Below, piece after piece: positions 53,300 through 64,000 of a DNA stretch of 64,000 nucleotides (the first letter of the stretch is position 1; the number at the start of each line of letters is the position of its first letter). The notes beneath the pieces were generated by a model. That model had not been told where the DNA came from. It saw only the letters and a program-made list of their open reading frames with translations, and ran no database searches. The position numbers and the translations under genes are program-made. The DNA comes from Octopus vulgaris. Lineage: Eukaryota. The stretch lies in contig OX597815.1 in assembly GCA_951406725.2 (NCBI GenBank), positions 100,564,001 through 100,628,000 on the forward strand. Direction: 5' to 3'.

Positions 53300-54460
53300 T
53301 GAATTTGATGTAGCAACTCCTAATAGCCTTACCTCCTTGCATATAACAACTAAAATGGTTAACTATGATTGTGAAACTGGATCCATTCAAAATTATCATC
53401 TGGTCCAGATGGTATATTGGTTGTTTTGTAGTGATGTAGTGCTGAACTGACCCATTTTCTTTCAAAGTTGTTCAAAAAATTTTTGTATGAGTTTTGCTTT
53501 CTGTCTTGTTGGAAATCTTTGTTATTCCGCTATTTAAGAATAGTGGGGCTAGGTTTGATCCACACAATTATTGTCCTATAAGTCTTCTTCTTGTAATTAG
53601 TAAGTTCTTTGAATCTATTACTTTGGTCAGGCATCTTAACTCTTCTGTTCTTTTTTCTGGTTTTTCAGTATGATTTTCATGCATTTAGGTCTACTGCTAA
53701 TGTTCCCACTATCATATCTGAATGTTTCTATCATTCACTTAAATTTTCTGGTGAGGTTAGGGCCATCGATCTTGTTATCTCAAAGGCTTTTTACAGAGTG
53801 TAGCACACTGGGCTGATTCACAAGCTCAGAAACTATGGTCTGTCTGACTCTCTTCTTACCATCAAGCTAGTCTTTGATGGTTGGCAGTGAAAGTTATATG
53901 TTGTTAATGCTGGACTATTTCAAAGCTCTGTACTTGGTCCTATTTTTTCCTCCTTTTCATTAATGACCTTCCAGATTATACTATTTCTAAACTCACCACC
54001 TGTACTGGTGACACCACTATTTACACCTCTTGTGACAAAATTAGCAGCCTTTAGCAAACTGCTTTTCTTGAGGATGATCTTTGCACAGTCAAAAAATGGG
54101 GTATTGACTGGCTGGTTACTTTTAATGCTGGCAAGACAGAGTTTTTGTCAGTTTTTATAGGCAGCCATTCATTCCCTCCATTGCTATGGGCTGGGTTGAT
54201 CTTTAAGAAAGCTATAGTATCCAATTTCTTGGTTTGACTTTGATTTGAACTCTCTTTTGGAACAAATATGTTCAGTTCATTGCTCTGTTGGCTGCAAAGA
54301 GGGTTGGATCTCTCTTTTGTGCTCATAATTTTTTTAATGCCTAAGAGTATCTTGTATCTATTCGGCCACCATTCAATCTTGCATTGAATATTGCTGTCAT
54401 CTTTGGGCTGGTACTCCTTTAGAGTGTTGTAACTTGATTTATTGAATTCAGGAAAGTATT
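53300..54460 (+). mobile_element. Decayed CR1/Jockey-group LINE reverse transcriptase
   Basis: PISLLLVISKFFE, QYDFHAFRSTA, AIDLVISKAFYRV, QSSVLGPI, FNA.KT and IEYCCHLWAG remnants in RT order. Confidence 0.8.
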
Positions 54461-55890
54461 TCCATGCATTGCTCTGATGACCTCTCTGGTATAGTACTCT
54501 CTATCAAGACCTATAAATGTTTCTCCTCATCTCAAGCACATCCTTTCTCTGTTGAGCTTCTTGTTAGTCATTAGTCTTTTTATGACATCGCAAATATAGC
54601 TAATTATTCATTTAGGCCAATTAGGCATTATTTCAACCAATTTGCTGACTATTCAAATTATCATATTTCCTAAAATATTCACCCAAATATCACAAATGAG
54701 GTATCAAAATGTTTCTTTTTGGATGCTCTCCAAGAAAAGTACAGTAGAAGTTAGATTTAGATAATTTTAAAAATTAATAGTGATGCCTACTTTAATCAGT
54801 CCTTCCTTTTGAAACTGTAACCTTTTTTCTTTTACTTATCTGCCTATAGTCATTAACCCATAGAAGTTCAAATAGAGCATTAAACTGCATTGATGTCATC
54901 AGAGGAAGATCTACAAAAGTCATAGGTGTTGTCCTTTCTTCTACCAACTATTTTATACATTTACACACACACACACACACACACATGTGTATATGTATAT
55001 ATGTATTTGTTTTTAGATCCATTTTCCTATGCTCTGGTTAGGTGACTATATATTATTGAAGCATAGTTTTGCACTGGCATGCTCTTTTTGTCACCGGAGG
55101 ATGATTTGTTGAAAGGGAAATGACAATGAACTCCAATGATTGTAACAAAGCACACAGTAGGTAAACATTCACTCACACACACACATCTTTGTACAGTTTC
55201 TGAATACCAAATTCACTAAGGCTGTGGTTAGCCCAAGTCTACAGTAGAAGACACTTGAGGGACTGCAGTAATTATTTTAATTAAATAAGAAATTAAGTCT
55301 TGCTGAGTGAATAGTTGCATGGTTAAGAATTTTGATTTGCTGTCATGATCTCAAGTTTAACATTATTGTACAGTATTTTGGGCAAGTGACTTCTACTATA
55401 GCCTTGTGTTAGCCTAAGTCTTGTGAGTGAAATTGGATAGACAGAAATTGTGCAAGTTCATTGGATTAGGTGTATCTAATTCAAAGGCTAAGCCATCTAA
55501 CACTAAGTTTGTCTGAGATTGTGTTAAGAGTATGAAATGTAGAAGAAAACTGCAAATATTTTGAGATCTGACTTCACCATCTCTCCCCATGTCTTTGACC
55601 TTATATCATGCTTATCTTCCTTTCTTAGCCTATTTTATTTTTCTACTTAGCACTTAATGTCTATCCATACCAATGCAACAATCATCATCCATCATTTTGA
55701 ATCCGGGCTTTGTGCTCGTTAACAGAGGTGGCTGGATCTACTTCAATGCCATAGCAACCACCCTCACATTCAACAATCTCTCTAGCATATATCAACTAAT
55801 GTTAAGGATTATTGGATTAAAGAGTTACTATTTACTTCAGTCTGTTAACGTTGATTAATGTTTATTTTGTATTTTTATTCTTATTTCCAG

Positions 55891-55952
55891 TTGAAAGGTG
55901 AAGATGATAAGTTGAAAGTAAAAAAGAAGCAAACCACAATAAAAGGTCAAAA
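55891..55952 (+). CDS. RPN1: Ribophorin I exon 2 (LKGEDDKLKVKKKQTTIKGQK)
   Basis: Long pyrimidine tract with TTTCCAG| acceptor, AA|GTAAGT donor; 62 nt joins the phases of exons 1 and 3; resembles vertebrate VKGEDE...TKIKGK. Confidence 0.88.
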
Positions 55953-57059
55953 GTAAGTTATATCATTTTAATATTTAATTTTTTATCTTTAAAGTGGTAT
56001 GTTAGGTTTTGTTGTATAAATTAGTGGTTTTCAACCTTTTCACGAACAAGCACCGCCTTTATTTAAATGAATTTTCCCATAGTCACAGGTTTGGCTGTGT
56101 GGTTAAGAAGTTCTCTTTGCAACCACATGGTTTTGTGTTGATTCACTGTGTGGTACCTTGAGCAATTGTCTTCTACTGTAGCCTCAGCCTTGTAATTGGG
56201 TATGGTGGGTGGAAGCTGTGTGGAAAGAAGCCTACTGTATGTGTATGTGTGCATGCACTTGAATCATTTTGTTTGTTTACTTGCTGATTGATGTTTATAT
56301 CCTTCTAACTTAGCAATTTGGCAAAAGGAGACTAAATGCAACAAGTACCAGACTTAAAAATAAGTATTGTGGGTCAATTTCTTCAACTAAACCCTTCAAA
56401 AGGTGCCCCAGCATGGGTGTAGTCCAGTGACTAAAACAAGTAACAAAAATTTAAAAATAGACCACAGGTTTTTGAAAAACATGTCTATTCAACAAATGTT
56501 GAACTTAGCTTCATAGACTCCTATCATTCTCTTTGTATTACATAAGTATCCACTGATGCTATAAATTATTGAGTAGAAAATACATGGTTTTGAGCAGATG
56601 TAATTTTCTGAAAATCTTTGACATTTTTAGACTATGTATTCTGAAAAAAGTTAAGTTCATCATATTTTAGATACTCTTTTCTGACTTTCTTTCTCTAACT
56701 CAAACCCTTTCAGTTTCTCTCTTTTATTCAATATCTCCTGCAACAAATTTAGCTTTTTCAGGCATTATTTAAACAATTTAGAGTATCATCAGGTGCAGGG
56801 TTTTATTAAACATTAGTTCAAGAGGAAATCACTAGAGCAAAGAAAATTGGTAATAAGTATTAACAATTTGGTTTAGAATTAGATGATGTTGGTATATTTA
56901 ATATATATATATTCCATAGACCGAACCTAATGTAAAGGATGAACACGTGAAAGGTATAGTGGGATCACAGGCAGACTAACAGAGAAAATAAGCTGCAAAT
57001 GTATTGAAGTATTATGTTCTATAGGCATACAAGAAATAAGGCATAAAATTTATTTCTCC

Positions 57060-57805
57060 TTGGGCTTCACAGAGGCAATGTGGAAAATGCTGGTGTCATG
57101 TAACTAGCATGTTACACGACACTGTGCTAGTGGTATGTAAAAAACACTTTCCAAATGCTGGGCCTCACAGAGGCTATGACAAATAATGCACTTGAGTAGA
57201 AGACTCATCAAGCTAAGTGAAATCATAGTTCTGGCAGATATTGGTGTCATGCAAACTGACACCCATGCCAGTGACACATAAAAGCAGCCATTACACACTT
57301 GGAGTGGTTCGCATTAGGAAGGGCAACCAGTTGAAGAAACCATGCCAAATCAGACTGGAGTCTTGTGCAGCCCCTCAGCTTACCAACCCTGGTCAAACCA
57401 TTATCCCATGCCAGCATGGACAATGGATATTAAATGATAATGATGATTAATACATCATCATTCAATCTCCATTGTCCATTCTGACATGGATTGGACGGTT
57501 TGACCAGAGCTAGTAAGCTGAGGGGCTGCACCAGACTCCAATCTGATTTGGCATGGTTTCTACAACTGGGTGCCCTTCCATATGCCAATCACTCTGATAG
57601 TGTAATGGGTGCTTTTATATGACGCCGGTATCTGCCATCACTACAATTTTACTTGGCTTGATGGGTCTTCCTCTCAAGCACAGCGTATTGTTGAAGGTCT
57701 CGGTCATTTGTCATTGCATCTGAGAAGCTCAACACTCAAAAGGTGCTCTTATGTGGCACCAGCACTAGTGCCAATAACATGACAGCAGCACTGGCAATGA
57801 CTATG
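57060..57805. mobile_element. Two RTE 3'UTR copies in tail-to-tail inverted orientation
   Basis: Plus copy ends in GATAATGATGAT at about 57447; minus copy begins CATCATCAT at about 57453. Confidence 0.8.
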
Positions 57806-58187
57806 TAAAAGCAGTGTAGTAGAAGAGCTATATTAGGTAGTCAGTCTAACACTTGAACGGGGGCAAATTGGTGAAGTCATTAGAGCATTAGATAAACCAC
57901 TTTATGGTATTTGTTCCAACTCTTTGCAGTCTGAGTTCAAATCCCACCAAAGTTGATTTTGCTTTTTATCACTTTGTTGTGGGGTCAATGAAAAAAGTAT
58001 CAATCTAGAGCATAGATTGGTGGAACTATTAGTATATTGGATGTTTTCTGATATCTGCATTGGCTGTTTCCATTCTGGCCACAATGTCTATGATGGCCCT
58101 GATACTTTTGAGAAGGGAGACTGGCATAAACTACTCCACTGTTAGTCTTACACACACAAAAATAGCATCCATTGGCCTGTGTATGTA

Positions 58188-59305
<1,118 letters not shown>

Positions 59306-62255
59306 ACTGTATATATGTATGCATGCATTACAAGATTAGCTTATTGTTAAGAAATGTGAATAAAAAGGAATTGTGGTGATGTTGAACTTTATTCCAAAAG
59401 TAATACATAGTAACTTTATACTATTGCATTAAATTTTCAAAATGTTGCCCATTTTTGTTACTGCAGACACACCATTACTGAGAAAGAGAATGGCACATCT
59501 TTACATAGCTTGAGTGTGATTTCTTCTAAAGTTGCTGTAATTCAATTCTGGAGGTTATTTAAGTTGGACACACAAACAGCATATATTTTATGTTTTTATA
59601 GAAAAAAAATCAGAGAGACTGAAATCTAGCCAGTTATGCCTTATTTCCCACACTGTCAGAGTTTTGTTGTTCGGTGATTCCTTTATGATGACTGTATAAT
59701 GAGACCAGGCTCCATCTTGTCAGAATGAAAGTATCTTGATTATTAATTATTGGCCACAGGTGGTCTGAAAGCATTGAGATATAACTTTGAGCTGTTTTAT
59801 AGGCCAATTGTAGCAGCTTCATATTTTGCCAACATTTGGTCATAAAATTGCACATATCAACCAAAATTGTCCTTTAGTTGGTAGACTGAACAAGGAGTAA
59901 AATAGTATAGTCTTAGTTCCATGAGAATGACAATGTTTGACTGATGTCAAGTTTATGGGAGTTACAGCAACTTGATGTTATTGCTTGAGTTTGAAAATGT
60001 CTGATGAAATTCTTTATAAGTTGATACAACATATTGCCTGAACATGCTGTGTGTTTGCTGCCTGAGACAGATCCACTCTATTCAAACTTGGTGGTTATTT
60101 TGCTGATACATGGTGGGGTTGTAGTTTCGAATCTTTTTTTGCTAAGCGCATTGAATTGATACAGGATATCTTCATAAATGCTCTCCATTAACTGTAATTA
60201 GGCATTTCCCACCATTATTTGTCATTAGGAATTGAAAACAGACTTGTTGCACATACATACACAACATACACTCATACACAGACATACAATGAAAATATAG
60301 CAATATGACATGATTATCATATTTCTTTGTAATCAGCTAATTATATATATATATATATATCTTGTTTTCCTTATAACTACCTCAGATATTATAAAACTTA
60401 GCAGAGGTTTTGGGTTCACATGGCATGTTGGAGAAATGTCTTCTACAATAGCCCTGAGTCAACGAAAGCCTTGTGAGTGGATTTAGTAAATGAGAACTTA
60501 AAGAAGACCCTCATATATATATATGTGTGTGTCTGTGAGTGAATATGTGAATGTTTTAATTCTCCTTGTTTTGACATTGTGATAGTTGTACTTGAGTGAA
60601 CTACTTTTTCTCACATTATTGAAGGCATTGATAAATCTGATATTCTTAATATAGTAGTATATACAAAAGAAAATATAAAACATACTAAATAATAAAGTTA
60701 ATGGCTACTTATCACCATCATCTTTGTTTTAATATCCACTTTTGTCAAGGTGGATTTTCTACATCTGGATGCCCTTCCTGTTGCCAACCCATACCTATTT
60801 TTAACTAAGGTAATATTTCCCCATGGCCTACTATTGAAATATATTTATAATGAAATATTCCACTGATTTACTTTTCCTACATAGTAACATGTATATTTTT
60901 CAGTATATTTTTAAAGACAGTAAAAAAAAATTGCAACAAATTAAAAAAGTGTATATATTTTGTTTAGCAGTTTTAAAAAAAATGTATTACTAGCTAGCAA
61001 ATTAATTTCCTCAAATAATTCTTGTTAAATTATAGTTGCTGAACACCAAATACTGAACTATTAGACAATGAAAATTGGATCCAAATCCTCTTGGGCCAAA
61101 TAAGTTTCTCTTTTAACCACAAGGAGTAACCACACTTGCTTTTACTATTAAACAGTAGGAAAAAGGTTGCATGAATGTGTGTGCCAGATGGGCAAAAAAC
61201 AAAAATATCTGTTTTTGTTTATTTTTATGGTAATTTTTATACTTATTTTTACATTAAATAAGTACAAAATCTAAGTACCATAAAATATTCACTTTCCTTT
61301 GCATCCAGTATAAGCATAAATTCATTTGAGATTTCTTTCTCCATTTGTACATTTGTTTGACAACATCATCATCATCATCGTTTAGCATGGAAAACGGACG
61401 CTAAACGATGATGATGATGATGATGATGATGTTGTCAAACAAATGTACAAATGGAGAAAAATCAGTGCATTTTTCCATCCAGAGCTAGTTGAAGCATCAT
61501 TTTCTTTGCTATTAGTCTATCGTCATCATCTACTTCATCTGATGATGAAGGAAAGTCAGAAAAAACTTCTATATTGGATGAAAAATCTGTGACTTGATTT
61601 CTTCCATTGATAAGGGCTGCTTATACTCAGGAGTACTTGGCAAAGACACTTGGGCATCAGTTGATGATGTCTATCTTCAGGTAGAATTTTTAAAACGGTG
61701 ATGATGCCTTCTATTTTCTAATGAAACATCAATTGATGATGTCTGCTGTTTTAGGGTTAAAGCTGACGCAAAGAATTGAATTTACAGATGTATTCAACAC
61801 ATCTATAGACATGTCAGCAAGAAAGCTTCTGTGTAGTCACTCAACTTGATAGAGAAAGCAGCCAAATCTTTACCAAATTACACCCTATATATTCTTAAGT
61901 GGGAAAGGACACATTAGACAATGCTGTCTTATGTAACCTTAAAAGGTCAGGGCAGTCATAGCTGAAATGTTTTTGATCTGCTCAATTAAGGTTGATATGG
62001 GGTTAAACAACAATGTACCTATTTGATTGATCTGTTAGTATAATAGTCAAATTTCCCTCAACAGACTCTCAGTTGCTTTGAAAATGAACATCTATGTAAA
62101 TTCCTGGCCAATATTTTTGTCTGCTATTTCCAAGGTTGCTATCCACCAATAACTCATGTAAAATTGAAGTAGAATGTAACAACTGACTATTAACTTTAAT
62201 TTTATTTGTATTTTCTTTCTTTAGGAATTATATTTTATTTCTTTATTATTTACAG

Positions 62256-62562
62256 GAATGTTTATTACCATGTTGACTTGTCATCTGGTATCGAACCTGG
62301 GAAGACTGCAGTTGTAGAATTGGAAGAGATATACACACATGCTTTGCAAGCTTATCCTTCTCAAATAGCACAATCTGAGAAACAGTATGTTGTGTTCAGT
62401 ACCAACCTCTATTTGTTCTCACCATATCGAGCGATTAGTCAATCAGCTGTTGTTACTTGTGCTTCCTCCAATATAGAGTTCTACACTAAAAAGAAGCCTG
62501 TTTCTCAAGCTGAAACTAGTATCAACTATGGACCTTACCCCAACAAAGAGCCTTTTACTGCG
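62256..62562 (+). CDS. RPN1: Ribophorin I exon 3 (NVYYHVDL...YPSQIAQSEKQYVVF...YGPYPNKEPFTA)
   Basis: TTTACAG| acceptor, GCG|GTATCT donor; 307 nt; conserved YP.QI.QSEKQ.VVF, SPY and YGP. Confidence 0.95.
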
Positions 62563-63228
62563 GTATCTATATATATCTACTTTTTATATTCTTTAACCAT
62601 TCTATGCTTTTGTTTTGCGTTCCACTCTTTACCATACTTGTATAGCTTGTGTGGCTCTACATATTTAAATATTTGCATATAGATTGTTTGAACCAGTTAT
62701 ATTTTAGGTTTTCACAGTTGAATGTTTTCCTAAAACTAGTTATAGGAAGAGTGTGTAGAGCCTGTTTTTACTTCTACCAGATGAAGCTTCTCCCGTTCTG
62801 CCTATATAAATAGGCACATGTCTTTTAGCCTCAGGCCAGCTTTAATTGAATAAATGTATTCCAGCTGTGGCCATCCAGGTTTTTTCCAAATGTGTTATGT
62901 CTAGAACTACCTTATTCATTGTGTCCTTCCTTAAAATAGTTGAAATAAATTTGGCTGCTATTTCTAGAACAACCATGCAGAGGTTTACTTGTTTGTTTGA
63001 GCAATGGATGCTGTATACTGAGTGACATATTGCCATATGATTAAAGTGTGTATGTTTTGATATATAAAGAAGTGTATAGAAAATTTTAGAAATTTGTAAG
63101 ACTATATAACTTACATTTCAATGTTGACGAAAAATGTGTATCTGATATGTTAATGATATGTGTTGTTTCTCACACAATGATTGTCATCTAATGACCCACT
63201 TAGTTATGATCTATTTTGTTTTCTGCAG

Positions 63229-63435
63229 GAAGAGCTGAAAGTCCATTTTGAAAATAACAGTCCATTCTTGACTGTAACCAACATGGAACGTGTTATTGAA
63301 ATTTCACACTGGGGCAATATTGCAGTGGAAGAACATTTTCAAGTAACTCATTCTGGAGCCACACTGAAAGGGCCATTCTCTCGTTATGATTATCAACGGA
63401 ATCAAGATGGTGTCTCCTCTATCAAATCTTTCAAA
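63229..63435 (+). CDS. RPN1: Ribophorin I exon 4 ([16 protein letters not shown]...[12 protein letters not shown]...[10 protein letters not shown]...KSFK); gene continues beyond the right edge
   Basis: TTCTGCAG| acceptor, AAA|GTAAAC donor; 207 nt; hallmark [24 protein letters not shown]. Confidence 0.97.
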
Positions 63436-64000
63436 GTAAACAACATTACACAAATCTTATTTTATCTAATACTTTTTCTCCTGTAATTACTGGTTTAAAT
63501 TAACACCTCATGTTTCATGGAGTAATTGAGAGGTGTTTCAAATAGATATTTAATATCTTTATGAATGAAATCCATATAAAACCCAGCTAATTAGTGAAGG
63601 TAATCAGCATTGTTGATGTATAATTGTAGCTAATGATATATTTATGATTGAAGTAAACAAAGTGATAGTAATAAAATGTCTTAGATTATTACTAATACAT
63701 TTAGGAAGGGCATCATCATCATTGTTTAGCGTCCGCTTTCCATGCTAGCATGGGTTGGATGGTTTAACTGGGGTCTGGGAAGCCAGAAGGCTGCACCAGG
63801 CCCAGTCTGATCTGGCAGTGTTTCTACGGCTAGATGCCCTTCCTAACGCCAACTACTCCGTGAGTGTAGTGGGTGCTTTTTATGTGACACCAGCACAGGT
63901 GCCAGATGAGGCTGGCAAACGGCCACGATCGGATGGTGCTTTTTACGTGCCACCGGCACGAGGCCAATTGGGGCGGCGCTGGCAACAGCCACGTTCGGAT

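Noticed and set aside
62563-63228. RPN1 intron 3 donor GTATCTAT as a second U12 intron
   Set aside because: It lacks the CC at +5/+6, and the acceptor has a normal pyrimidine tract with no TCCTTAAC-like branch near the AG.

Overview
AT-rich, repeat-dense animal genomic DNA. The repeat families ((GAT)n-tailed RTE LINE ends, several tRNA-derived SINEs, long (TA)n arrays) suggest an octopus or other coleoid cephalopod; this is an inference. Two intron-rich housekeeping genes lie head-to-head about 19 kb apart. Importin-9 (IPO9) is on the minus strand from ATG 24043, with 12 in-frame coding exons traced and the gene continuing off the left edge. Ribophorin I (RPN1) is on the plus strand from ATG 43033, with 4 in-frame exons traced and the gene continuing off the right edge. 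IPO9 intron 7 (5945-9115) has U12 (minor spliceosome) signals. The rest is decayed mobile DNA: three Tc1/mariner-superfamily relics, Penelope-like, CR1/L2-type and RTE retroelements, Helitron-like elements, MITEs and SINEs, often nested. The most unusual observations are an ORF1-only Tx1/L1-like retroelement inserted into a SINE tRNA head with a 16-bp TSD, a 610-bp foldback element with a TTAGGG core, several apparent template-switch products, and CpG-pattern hints of an unannotated divergent transcript from the RPN1 promoter. No prokaryotic systems are present. Splice coordinates were read by hand, and repeat boundaries are approximate.
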